A stretch of DNA of 64,000 nucleotides from Octopus vulgaris (lineage: Eukaryota). Positions 28,301-40,781 of this stretch are shown here, piece after piece (position 1 is the first letter of the stretch; every line of letters begins with the position of its first letter). The stretch covers positions 28,272,001 to 28,336,000 of the forward strand of contig OX597815.1 of NCBI GenBank assembly GCA_951406725.2. The letters run 5' to 3'. The notes beneath the pieces were generated by a model. The model did not search any database. It saw only the letters and a list, made by a program, of their open reading frames with translations, and was not told where the DNA came from. The translations under genes and the position numbers were made by a program.

Positions 28301-28862
28301 GTATGTATGTATGTATGTATGTATATGTATGTATGTGTGTGTGTGTGTGTGTAAAATTTAAAGTATATATTTATAACACATTAACATGCACGGAAAAGGG
28401 ATTTGCCCACCTCAGTTAATGAGAAAATTAGGATTAAAAAAAAAAAAAAAACTACTGGAGCAGACGAAAATAATACACACAAAGGAAAACTACGCGGAAA
28501 GAAGTATCTCAATTTGTTGCAGACGGGAACATACATGAATACATATATACATACGCACACACATTATATTTATGTATATATATTTATATATATGGATGTA
28601 TATGGGTGTATATATATATGTACACAAAAATAGGTGCGTGTGTGACTGTAGTACAAAGAACAAGCTACAACGTTGTTCCCCCCCAACACAAAACTCAGCT
28701 GTATGTTATTGCTACCTGCTTATTGCGCTGTTCATGCTTTGCATCTCTCCTACACTGAGTGAGTCCGCGATGCTTCACACCTCCACCTGATTTTTGCACA
28801 CAGACACACGCACATCGCAACGAGACACATGAATACCGTTAAAAACAGCTTGTATTTTTTTC

Positions 28863-28903
<41 letters not shown>

Positions 28904-29950
28904 ACGCAGATACACCGCCAACTAATCTGAGAAGTGCCGCTCTTTTTATTGCCTTTTGTACATGGATCCCAACATGAAAGAGACAGAATGTACACACACA
29001 CATACACACACACACGCACATACACAATGCAAAATGATTCCTATAAATAAAGCGCCAAATCTTCTCTAAATATTCCTTCGTGTTTGTGTTAGTTCCGAAC
29101 AGATTTTTACGCGTTCTTTGTTTTCTACGAAAAACATTTTTTCCCGATAAGATTTCACCTGATTTACCGTCAGTATCATTATCATCATCATTATTATTAT
29201 TTGTTATTTGATAAACGTTGCATACGTTTTTTCGATAACCGAAATATTTTAGTATTTATTCGTAACACTTAAACTGAAGCCTGTATAAATCACATAGTGA
29301 TCTAGTTATTATTGTCAAGAGAGAGAGAAAGAAAGAAAGAGAGAAAAAGAGAGAGAGAGAGAGAAAAGAGAGACAGAATCAAAGAAAGAAAAAAGGAAGA
29401 AAAACGTGAAAGTACAGTAAGCTAGTCGCTTCCTCTGGTCGATACATAAAGAAAGGTACCAGCTTACAGGAAGTGTAAAATATGTACAAATCTTGTTAGT
29501 TATTGATTAAGAATTTTCGTGTCAAGTCATCTTGCGTTGCGTGCGTGCGTTGTTTGTTTGAGGTTGACAGTTTAAAGTAGAGTGGAGAAAACGTAAGCTG
29601 AGCCAACAAATGAAAACGATGTTTTGCGGGCTTTCTTCACTAATTGCCAGTAATGGCTGTTTGTTCCAAAACCATCAACAAAAACAGCGATGCAACTAGT
29701 TTACGTAAATGTCTAAGTAACAGCTGTAAATAGCAAAAAAAGAAAAAAAAATTTACTGAAGCATTTTAGATATATTTTCGTAACCTGTTTTAATGTCGAA
29801 GAATTTCGATCCAAAACGTAGAAGTAATTAATAGCAAAAATACATCGAACACGAATTAGTAATTAGGTAGAAAAGCGAATATTGACTGGGAAATTCAGTC
29901 AACCGGAACAGTACCGCCTGACATATTCAATGAAATAGTTTTAGTTCTTT
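26657..29950 (-). promoter_or_regulatory. Transposon-free, CpG-retaining region upstream of the slo ATG (candidate 5'UTR/promoter)
   Basis: About 3.3 kb with no recognisable SINE/LINE, only microsatellites. The TSS cannot be placed. Confidence 0.45.
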
Positions 29951-30081
29951 TTTCTTCCCACCTCATCCATTCACTGAACTTATTACACACGATTGGTGTG
30001 TGTATATGTGTGTGTATACATGTGTGTACGTACGTAGACACACGCGCGCGCGCAACTACACACGCACACATATATGCGTGT

Positions 30082-30115
<34 letters not shown>

Positions 30116-30207
30116 GCGTACATATATAGATTTGTATACATATGCGTATATCTATAAAATATCTATAAGTGTCACTTTCTCTCTCTCCCTCTCCCCTGTT
30201 TGTCTGT

Positions 30208-30275
<68 letters not shown>

Positions 30276-30472
30276 ACACATACATATATACATATATGTA
30301 TATATACATACATATATACATATATGTATATATATATATATACATATGTATACATACCTCGTTCAGAGATTTATTATTGCTTATATATGTGTATATATGT
30401 ATATATGTGTATATAAATCCTTAAAATCCTTTAAAATGTTTTAGCCCGAAGGTCGCGGCCATGCTGGGGCAC

Positions 30473-30762
30473 AGGCGCGAGGCTTAGTGGTTAGGGTATT
30501 TGGCTCACGATTGTAAGGTCGTGAGTTCGATTCCCGGCGACGCGTTGTGTCCTTGAACAAGACACTTTATTTCACATTGCTCCAGTCCACTCAGCTGGCA
30601 AAAATGAGTTGTACCTGTATTTCAAAGGGCCGTCCATGCCACACTCTGTGTCACGCTGAATCTCCTTGAGAAGTACGTTAGGGGTATGCGTGTCTGTGGG
30701 TTGCTCAACCACTTGCACGTTAATTTCACGAGCAGGCTGTTCCGTTGACCGACGGAGTGCTC
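30473..30762 (+). mobile_element. SINE family D (tRNA head, CORE-like GTGTCCTTGA.CAAGACACTT, 3' part shared with family C)
   Basis: GGCTTAGTGGTTAG and GAGTTCGATTCCC boxes. Partial inverted copy at ~54030-54212. Confidence 0.85.
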
Positions 30763-30824
30763 CTATATATATGTATGTATATATATACACACACACATAT
30801 ATATATTGTGTATATAATGTTTCT

Positions 30825-31208
30825 TTTAGTTTCTGTTATTTGTTTCAGTCAAGGACTGCGGCCATGCTGAACCACTGCCTTTAAGGATTTAGTTGAACAA
30901 ATCGACCCAGTTCATATATTTTAAGTCTATTACTTATTTTGTCGGTTGCTTTTGCTGAATTGCTAGTTTTCGGGAACAGACAAAACTAACATCAGTTGTC
31001 AAGCGGTTGGGGGTCAAATGCAAACACAAAGACACACACATACATACAATGGGGTTTCCCCGCAGTTTCCCACTACCAACTTAACTCACAAGACATTGGC
31101 CAGCCCGGGGCTTATAGTAGAAGACACATGCCCTAAGGTGCCATGCTGTGGGACTGAACCCGAAAGAACGAGGTTGTAAGGCGAGCTTCATAACCGCACA
31201 GCCATGCC

Positions 31209-31210
<2 letters not shown>
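30825..31210 (-). mobile_element. SINE family A, diverged
   Basis: Reverse complement of family A. Another truncated copy at 31730-32005. Confidence 0.82.
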
Positions 31211-31254
<44 letters not shown>

Positions 31255-31257
<3 letters not shown>

Positions 31258-31710
31258 AGGGTCGCTGAAAAGTTCCTGCTTTGGATAAAAGAAAATACTC
31301 AAGGATCAGTTAATTATGTTTTTATTTGAACATATTCTCCTCTCAGATTCACACACTTATTGCAATGAACCTTCAGTTTTTCTAAGCCCTATAAAAGAAC
31401 TCAGAAGGTTAGGCCCCCAATCAGGCCTTTCAAGATACCCTTAAAACCAGGAACTTTTCAGCAACCCCTCATTTGTATATATGTATAAGGGGATTGCTGA
31501 ATAGTTCCTGACTTTGGATAAAAGAAAATATAAGAGGATCAGTTAACAATGGCTTTATTCAACATATTCCCCTCTCAGATTCACACACTTATTGCAGTGG
31601 TCCTTCGGTTTTTCTAAGCCCTGTAAAAAAAAAAAAAAAAACTCTGAAGGTTGGGCCGCCAACCATGCTTTTCGGGATTGCTTTAAAACCAGGAACTTTA
31701 CAGCATCCCT
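31255..31710. mobile_element. Two adjacent ~215-bp mariner-type MITEs (31255-31471, 31488-31712)
   Basis: TIRs CGAAGGGTCGCTGAAAAGTTCCTG / CAGGAACTTTTCAGCAACCCCTC. Third copy at 51312-51526. Confidence 0.8.
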
Positions 31711-32020
31711 TCGTTTATATCTTTATCTTTTGGCTTTTACTTGTTTCAGTCATTTGACTGCGGCCATGCTGGGGTACCGTTTTGAAGGGTTTCAGTCGAA
31801 TAAAATCGACCCTAGGACTTATAATATTTTGAAGCCTAGTATTTATTCAATCGGTCTGTTTGCCGAACCGCTAAGTAAACACACCACACGCACACACACA
31901 GACACACACACATACGACGGGCTTTTTTCCATCAAACAAATCCACTCACAACGCTTTGGTCGGCCGACGCGATAGTAGAAGACACTGGTCCAAGATTCCA
32001 CGCAGTGGGTCAGAACGCAT

Positions 32021-32074
<54 letters not shown>

Positions 32075-32180
32075 TATATGTGTACGCGTGTGTTTGTACA
32101 GGTTTGGCGATGCAAACAATTAAAATACGACTCAAAACACGAGAATGTTTATATATTTTTTATCGACATTTAGCAGAAGA

Positions 32181-32436
32181 AAGGCGGCGAGCTGGCACAA
32201 ACGGTAGCACGCTGGGCGAAATGCTTAGCGTATTTCGTCTGCCGTTACGTTGTGAGTTCAAATTCCACCGAGGTCGACTTTGCCTTTCATCCTTTCGGGG
32301 TCGATAAATTAAGTACCAGTTATGCACTGGGGTCGATCTAATTGACTTAATCCGTTTGTCTGTCCTTGTTTGCCCCCTCTGTATTTAGCCCCTTGTGGGT
32401 AGTAAAGAAATAGGTATTTCGTCAGCCGCTACGTTC
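32181..32436 (+). mobile_element. SINE family B monomer plus the start of a second headless unit
   Basis: Tail AAAGAAATA is followed by GGTATTTCGTCAGCCGCTACGTTCT. Confidence 0.9.
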
Positions 32437-33480
32437 TTGCTTTTATAACTATCCAGAAGGATAGACATATCGTTGAGAACAAAAGGTTTCGTTGGTGGTA
32501 CTGTGATATCTCTATTCTAGCTTTTGGTGAAGTAGAAAAGGTTATCAGGGTCAAGTGGTGAAGACATTATTTCGGCCTACCTAAAGCAATCTGGCAAATG
32601 TAAAACTGCTGTCAGAGAAAAACCATTGTTCCGCCATGAGAAAAGTTCTGGTGAAGTGTTAATTTAAATTTGGCTATCCACTTCATGCTTGCAAGATTCA
32701 CTACATCACCCCGCTTGTCAGTGAGGTTCCGGGAAAGGAAACGAACGATCGAAAGAGAGAAAGAAATGCATGGTGGAGGAGAAAGTTTGCATATCAGGAG
32801 AGAGGATTATTGAAGTGTATGCGGGACAGTTTTCTATTCGAATAGCGGTGTCGCTTTGAGTACCAAAATGTGTGCAGTTAGTGACTGGGCAGGAGCGCGG
32901 GAGTACGTATACGAGAGTGCAGGTGCATGTTTCGAAATTGACTGTAAAATAAGCTCAGGTGAGCGAATGAGGCTTGCAAGGCTGAAGTAATGCTAGTGCA
33001 TTGATTACGAATACAGTGTACAGTATTGCATATGTCAGTGATTAAGGCAGTGTTGAATATGGCAGCCGGAGCATGAGGTATTATATGCCTCGATCGTGCA
33101 GGAACAAGTGTGGCATGCTGGCGCATTGTAAGGGACAATTTTCTCTATGTATGTATGCATGACCGACTTAGGGTTTTATAGAGATGAGTTGTGTCTACAA
33201 GGGCGCATTGAGCATGGAAAACAAGCGAGAAAGACATGTGTGGTGCATGAATGTGACAGAGTTAACATGTGTGTGTGTATGAACCATGTGTGTAGATGCG
33301 TGCGCCAGGCCAGGCGCCGAGGAAAGGTGCATGCGTGTGTATATGCAACAATACATTTTCAAAATGAAGGAGAAAAAATATGTACATGCAAAATGCAACG
33401 TGCGACGATGCGACTGAAAGAAAAGGAAGTGCACAATATGAATAAAATTGAAAAGGCATGCAAACCAAAATTCAGGTTAT

Positions 33481-34994
33481 GAATAAATGTTCAGTTCACA
33501 AATAAAATGTTCAGTTCACGAATAAAATGTTCAGCTCATGAATAAAATGTTCAGTTCACGAATAAAATGTTCAGTTCATGAATAAAATGTTCAGTTCACG
33601 AATAAAATGTTCAATTCACGAATAAAATGTTCAGTTCACGAATAAAATGTTCAGTTCACGAATAAAATGTTCAGTTCATGAATAAAATGTTCAGTTCATG
33701 AATAAAATGTTCAGTTCACGAATAAAATGCTCAGTTCATGAATAAAATGCTCAGTTCATGAATAAAATGCTCAGTTCATGAATAAAATGTTCAGTCCACG
33801 AATAAAATGTTCAGTTCACGAATAAAATGTTCAGTTCACGAATAAAATGTTCAGTTCACGAATAAAATGTTCAGTTCATGAATAAAATGCTCAGTTCACG
33901 AATAAAATGTTCAGTTCATGAATAAAATGTTCAGTTCACGAATAAAATGTTCAGTTCACGAATAAAATGTTCAGTTCATGAATAAAATGTTCAGTTTATG
34001 AATAAACTGTTCAGTTCACGAATAAAATGTTCAGTTCACGAATAAAATGCTCAGTTCATGAATAAAATGTTCAGTTCACGAATAAAATGTTCAGTTCACG
34101 AATAAAATGCTCAGTTCATGAATAAAATGTTCAGTTCACGAATAAAATGTTCAGTTCATGAATAAAATGCTCAGTTCACGAATAAAATGTTCAGTTCATG
34201 AATAAAATGTTCAGTTCACGAATAAAATGTTCAGTTCACGAATAAAATGTTCAGTTCATGAATAAAATGTTCAGTTCATGAATAAAATGTTCAGTTCACG
34301 AATAAAATGTTCAGTTCACGAATAAAATGCTCAGTTCATGAATAAAATGTTCAGTTCACGAATTAAATGTTCAGTTCAGGAATAAAATGCTCAGTTCATG
34401 AATAAAATGTTCAGTCCACGAATAAAATGTTCAGTTCATGAATAAAATGCTCAGTTCATGAATAAAATGTTCAGTTCACGAATAAAATGTTCAGTTTACG
34501 AATAAAATGTTCAGTTCATGAATAAAATGCTCAGTTCACGAATAAAATTCTCAGTTCATGAATAAAATGTTCAGTTCATGAATAAAATGTTCAGTTCACG
34601 AATAAAATGTTCAGTTCACGAATAAAATGTTCAGTTCACGAATAAAATGTTCAGTTCATGAATAAAATGTTCAGTTCACGAATAAAATGCTCAGTTCATG
34701 AATAAAATGTTCAGTCCACGAATAAAATGTTCAGTTCACGAATAAAATGCTCAGTTCATGAATAAAATGTTCAGTTCACGAATAAAATGTTCAGTTCACG
34801 AATAAAATGTTCAGTTCATGAATAAAATATTCAGTTCACGAATAAAATGTTCAGTTCACGAATAAAATGCTCAGTTCATGAATAAAATGTTCAGTCCACG
34901 AATAAAATGTTCAGTTCACGAATAAAATGCTCAGTTCATGAATAAAATGTTCAGTTCACGAATAAAATGTTCAGTTCACGAATAAAATGTTCAG
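33481..34994. repeat. 20-bp minisatellite (GAATAAAATGYTCAGTTCAY), ~75 copies
   Basis: Perfect 20-bp register over 1.5 kb with substitutions only and no spacers. Confidence 0.99.
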
Positions 34995-35646
34995 CGGAAA
35001 GGAAAATATAAATAAATAAGCCTTGTCGGTGTTCGTGTAGAAATTAAGACATTGGTACCTGTAAATCACTCACCTGGAATTTTTTAGATAGAAGAGGCTA
35101 GAATCGAAGTGCTCAAATTGAGCTAAGTTCCAATTTATAATTTGAATGGAAGCAAACTAGAGGAAGTACTTTCTTCGACATTAATAAATCAATATAAAGT
35201 TCGAAATAATATAGTATTAAAAACATACAAGCATATAAACAAATAAATATTTAATATTTAAAAATACGCAAATATTTAAAATATTTTAAAAATATATAAA
35301 CACATAAATAGATACATAGATATAAAAAACGTCCATACGATATAAAACATAGTGAATTATAAATTCATACGATATGATATAAAGGAATAATAATTTACAA
35401 GTTACAACACAAGCATATAAAATATCTAAAAACTCGTAGGTATTTAAAAATATTTATAAATACGCAGGCAAAATAGAAAACATCGATAAGATATAAGACA
35501 TATTGAATTATTAATTCACACGATAAGATACAAAGGTATAAAAATTTACAAGTTACAACACGAAGGCCAGTGGAAAGTTTGAAATTATAAAATATTAAAA
35601 GGACATACTAATATACGAAGATAATGTTCAATGGATCCCAAAGTTT

Positions 35647-35733
35647 CATCGACGGACCGTTTTGGAGACGTGTCAGATAATATGACATAAATTTCATATT
35701 TTAAAGGAAACAGACTCTCCCTTCATCAGGATG
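35647..35733 (-). ncRNA. Type I hammerhead motif with long helix II; GAAA box mutated to AAAA
   Basis: CATC-CTGATGA-AGGGAGA...TCTCC-AAAAC-GGTCC-GTC-GATG. Helix I CATC/GATG. The G>A change sits at a former CpG. Confidence 0.65.
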
Positions 35734-35811
35734 CTCTACAACACGAAAGACACAATGAAAACAACATAGAGATGGACAACTTGCATCATTACATTCTAGC
35801 CAATTCGAATT

Positions 35812-35872
<61 letters not shown>

Positions 35873-36009
35873 GTAAAAAATAAATACAAACTGGGACAAG
35901 AACGTGAAACACCAAGGAGACGACACAAGAACCACAGGACGGGACATTCGAAGCCCTCAGTCATCAGTCAAGAACCAGATCATCTTCGCAATTTCGGCTG
36001 ATTAATCTT

Positions 36010-36057
<48 letters not shown>

Positions 36058-36135
36058 TAAGATTAGCTCGTATACGAGTGGGTATATATTTGTAAAAAAT
36101 GAAGTTTGAAAATGCTGCTATATTAGACAAATTTT

Positions 36136-36181
36136 AATTTAACATGTTTCGGTTCTTGAAATGACGAACCTTATCAAAAAA
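36136..36181 (-). ncRNA. Decayed hammerhead motif
   Basis: TTGATAA-GGTTC-(10 nt)-GAACC-GAAAC-AT-GTT. The core is two transitions from CTGATGA. Confidence 0.45.
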
Positions 36182-36220
36182 ATTAAAAAAGATTTTTTTT
36201 TTTATTTATATATATATATC

Positions 36221-36504
36221 ACCGTGGTCTTTGATCAACCAGGCTATCAGATGTTGCTACACATCGCTGGTCACAATGCGCTTCACATTGTTTTAGCCTT
36301 CAATGACGCCACCCCACTGGCTAAGCGAGCAGGCCACCAGAAGAAGGAGTGAGAGAAAGCTGTGGCGAAAGAGTACAGCAGGGATTACCACCACTCCCTG
36401 CCGGAGCTCGTGGAGCTTTAAGTGTTTTCGCTCAATAAACACTCACGACACCCGGTATTTTGATCGTGAGTCCGCTACCTTAACCACTGGGCCATTGCGC
36501 CTCC
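36221..36504 (-). mobile_element. SINE with family C head/body and a different 3' tail
   Basis: GGAGGCGCAATGGCCCAGTGGTTA..., matching family C up to CTCTCACTC and unrelated afterwards. Confidence 0.8.
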
Positions 36505-36530
36505 ACACACACACACACATATATATATAT

Positions 36531-36732
36531 GTGACCTCGTGTGTACCGTTGGCGATTTTTTTCACTCTGTCTTCCCTTCTCTGGATCTTTCCTTCTCCTA
36601 TGTTTCCGACGAAGAGCTCCGCTCGAAACGTTAAACCCTCCTTCCTCCCTTCTTTCCTGAGCGTCCAATTTGTCCCACGTCCTCGCGTTGTTGTGTTTTT
36701 TTGTGTGTTTTTTTGTGTTTTCTTGTTTGGAT

Positions 36733-36737
<5 letters not shown>
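36531..36737 (+). mobile_element. Family E Penelope-like short element with hammerhead motif (36602-36636, core CCGACGA)
   Basis: GTTT-CCGACGA-AGAGC-TCC-GCTC-GAAA-CG-TT-AAAC, TA-flanked. Confidence 0.75.
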
Positions 36738-36793
<56 letters not shown>

Positions 36794-36835
36794 GAAAGAA
36801 TGGAGTTGAACGACGATTTAACAAAATTCCTTTAT

Positions 36836-36916
36836 TCTCGACATATGTTTCGAAGACTGCATATTCCTAATTTCGAAGGAATAAGCGGTGCATTATGCCG
36901 CCTTCTCATCAGGAAA
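36836..36916 (-). ncRNA. Intact minimal type I hammerhead ribozyme motif
   Basis: TTTC-CTGATGA-GAAGGCGGCATA...TATGCAGTCTTC-GAAAC-ATAT-GTC-GAGA: canonical core, long helix II, palindromic helix III (ACATATGT), GUC site. Within a TA-flanked insert at ~36791-36990. Confidence 0.85.
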
Positions 36917-36987
36917 GACAAGGAACTTATGTCAGCATCATGATGAACAAAAACTTTTAGATGACTGCCCACGCGGAGTCCATAGCG

Positions 36988-37033
<46 letters not shown>

Positions 37034-37510
37034 AATTTTTTTTAATAAAACTATTTCCATCTGCAGGAGATGTGTCATAATTACCAAATGACAATTAAGA
37101 TCAAACCCACTTGTCAAGATGATGACTCTGTTTTGCTATCGATGCAAAGATTGTCATGGAAGCAGATTCTGACAGCTACCTGATATATTCAACTTAATTT
37201 AATTTATACATGTAGCATTGGTTTAAATCACAGATTTTATTCTAGTTATTATATCGCGTATGTATGTGCGTGTGATTTTGTGTGTATGTGTGCGAGTGTG
37301 TATTTCTGGCGTTTGGTTTCTATATATGTGTAAGTCTGTATATGTCTATTTATGCATGTATGTACTGTGTATGCCGGCGTATGATGCACTTTTTTAAAAA
37401 ATTCTTAAATGTAACAAAAATTGTCATGTATCTAATGCGACTGTATCACGGGTGGGATATCGAGTGTATGAATGTAAAATGTTAAATTTGTTTGTTTTTT
37501 TTCTACAAAA

Positions 37511-37906
37511 TCTTTATATATAAAAGTGAAGTTGTGTGTCTGTTTCCTACGATTTAGATTCCTAACTACTCCCACATTTTGCGGTGCAGTTTAACCAAAA
37601 CCGGGTATCTTATAGTCGTGATTCATATCGAGCCCTTCTGGGTATTAGCGCGCGTCTACGATGAGTCTACGATTTTAAAAAAAATTATCATAATTTTTTG
37701 CATTTTAATGCATTTTTTCGCTATTATATAAGGGAAGTAACTCTCTAAAAATGTCTACGAAGAGTCAACGATCTAAAAAAAAAATTACCATAATTTTTTT
37801 TCCATTTTTAATGCATTTTTTTGCTATTTTTTGGCTATAACTCTCTAAAAATGCTTATATAGTTATTTCCCTTACAAACCCGAGCAACGCCGGGCGATAC
37901 TGCTAG
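37511..37906 (+). mobile_element. Non-autonomous Helitron
   Basis: A|TC start, subterminal hairpin CCCG-AGCAACGC-CGGG (37879-37894), CTAG|T end, no TSD, internal ~100-bp tandem duplication. Confidence 0.88.
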
Positions 37907-38144
37907 TATACTTATAAAGTAGGGGAGACGTCTTAAACGAGAGAACGTCTTATACGCCAGCAAATGCGGTATGCGCACTATGGTGAAAATATAAAGAATC
38001 CTACTCAGAGGTTCAAGTTAGAAATAGGAAATACTACTGCATATTCATTCACTGATAACTACTTGCCCTATGACGCCCGCTACTTTTATTCCTACCAGTA
38101 AAATAAATGAGCCTTGACAAATAACCATAAGCAGACTATAATGT

Positions 38145-38537
38145 GGATGGATGGAAGCACTCCGTCGGTTACGACGACGAGGGTTCCGGTTGATCCGAAT
38201 CAACGGAACAGCCTGCTCGTGAAATTAACGTGTAAGTGGCTGAGCACTCCACAGACACATGTACCCTCAAAACGTAGTTCTCGGGGATATTCAGCGTGAC
38301 ACAGAGAGTGACAAGGCCGGCCCTTTGAAATACAGGTACAACAGAAACAGGAAGTAAGAGTGAGAGAAAGTTGTGGTGAAAGAGTACAGCAGAGATCACC
38401 ACCATCCCCTGCCGGAGCCTCGTGAAGCTTTAGGTGTTTTCGCTCAATAAACACTCACAACGCCCAGTCTGGGAATCGAAACCGCGATCCTATGACCGCG
38501 AGTCCGCTGCCCTAACTACTGGGCCATTGCGCCTCCT
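38145..38537 (-). mobile_element. SINE family C (tRNA-derived), full length, 12-bp TSD
   Basis: TSD AGACTATAATGT at 38133-38144 and 38538-38549. Matches 50871-51265. Confidence 0.93.
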
Positions 38538-38739
38538 AGACTATAATGTACTATTTGTGTAAATACGCGACAAGGGTGTTCTGCGTATGGTCACTGCAAA
38601 ATGTCCATTACACCGCGCCCTACCAGCTTAACAAAGAACACCTTAAATAGGTCTATGGTAAACAGGGATAGTCCAAGGAGGATTTCGGTATCCCTAAAAG
38701 TATAACATTTTCACAAGGGGAAGGTTTCAAAGTTTGGCA

Positions 38740-38895
38740 TCGATGGCAGCGTTCAACTGGTTCTTATTTTAAAAAAACCTGAAAGGATGAAAAACAAAAC
38801 CGACTTCAACGGAATTTGAACTCAGAACGTGAACTGGAAGAAATGTCGCTAAGCATTTTGTCCGACGCACTAACGATTCTGCCAGCTCGCCGTCT
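38740..38895 (-). mobile_element. SINE family B, diverged
   Basis: GGAATTTGAACTCAGAACG...CTGCCAGCTCGCC. Confidence 0.8.
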
Positions 38896-39000
38896 TAATG
38901 CTTATGGTATTATGCCTGCTAAAAAGAACAGTTGAAGCACAGCATCAAAGTTTAAAATCTTTTCATTAAGGTAATTAGGGAACAGACCGTATCTACATTC

Positions 39001-39207
39001 CTCTTTTACTTTTTTACTCGTTTCAGTCATTTGACTGCGGCCATGCTGGAGCACCGCCTTTAGTCGAGGAAATCGACCCGAGGACTTATTCTTTGTAAGC
39101 CGAGTACTTATTCTATCGGTATCTTTTGCCGAACCGCTAAGTTACGGGGACGTAAACACACTAGCATCGGTTGTCAAGCGATGTTGGGAGGGACAAACAC
39201 AGACACA

Positions 39208-39267
<60 letters not shown>

Positions 39268-39328
39268 TATGTATATGTATATACATATACATATATACGA
39301 CGGGCTTCTTTCAGTTTCCGTCTACCAA
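39001..39328 (-). mobile_element. SINE family A, 5'-truncated
   Basis: Family A 3' half with internal (CA)n. Another copy at 39920-40308 (-). Confidence 0.88.
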
Positions 39329-40781
39329 TAGACGGAATTCCTGATAATATTCTTGATACATTTTTGTTACAAATAAACGCTGAGCAGATGAAGATGAACA
39401 GCCCGAAAGATGCCTCTCTTTGTAGTTGTAACTAATTTTCTCCTAAGAGATTCAAGAATATGATCATAAAAAAGCAATCAAAAAAGGAAAAAAAAAAGAA
39501 TCAGATGCTGCGAAGCACATAATCTTAACTAAAACATTTTTTCCTCGAGTTTATATCTGCAAATGTTTTCATAGCTCTTCCTAAATCTATATGTTCTGTT
39601 TTTTTACACTCATTTTCTGTTCACAAAATTGCCAGAGAATTTAATCTGTCATGGGAGACTGTAAATATGTCTTTATTATATCTTCTCTCCTCCGTGACCA
39701 CCATTATATGTTTTGTAAATATTCTTGCTAATGCAATCTACAGATTTGGCATAACATCGCGTAACTTATCACTACTGAAAGATTTAACTGCTTCTATCGG
39801 AAGCTTTGTTTCTCTAGGAAATAATTCTTTTGTGATGTCAAGTTCAGTCAAGAGATTACATATAATAATAAAACCTACGCAATATTTTAAAATAAGTTCG
39901 GCTTTTTCACTTTTTCTTTTATGTATTTCAGTCATTAGACTGCGGCATCGCCTTGAAGAACCTTTGGTCGAATGTATCGACCCTAGTACAAATTTTTTCT
40001 AAAGCCTGGTACTTATTCTATCGTTCTCTTTCGCTTAACTGCTTAGTTACGGGAACGTAAACACACCAGCACCGGTTGTTAAGCGGTGGTGGTGGATAAA
40101 CACAGACACAAACACAGACAGACAGGCAGACACACACACACACACGACGGGCTTCTTCCAGTTTCCGTCTACCAAGTCCACTCACAACGCTTTGGTTGGC
40201 CCGAGGCTTTAGCAGAATACGCTTGCCGAAGGTGCCGGGCACTGGAACTGAACCCTAAACCATGTGATTGAGAAGCAAGCTTCTTACCACATAGTTACGC
40301 CTGCACCCATAACTGGACTGCTGCCTGAATTTCTAATTTCTTCAGCCGGCCTTGGTGATTCACTACGTCTGAGAAGAAAAACAGGATGATCATGATTAGA
40401 ACGTCATGCCGTTAATCATAATTGTTTTCAAAAAAGGCCGAGTTAAACGGTCACTTATGCAAATAGTTGCATACATTTACACGGAAACAAAGTATGACGA
40501 ATCTGTAAGAAGCAATGTAGAAAGGTTTTCTTTTACGTTATTGTGCGTGTATTTATATATATATGTAAATACAAATATATATAAAAGGAATGGAGTACGA
40601 AAGGTTGAGAGAACGAGAGGCATGGATTCAGTAAGACAGCGTGTGGTTCTACAAAAAAAAAAAAAGAAAAAGAAAGAACAGGTAAAAATCTTCCTTTATT
40701 TATACTTGTTCGAGCTAAGAGAGACTCCAGGATTAGATTCAAATATCTTGCACAGAAGTTGATATGAGTTGTGATTGGTGA

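Noticed and set aside
33481-34994. CRISPR array
   Set aside because: Units are contiguous with no unique spacers, there are no cas genes, and the context is eukaryotic.
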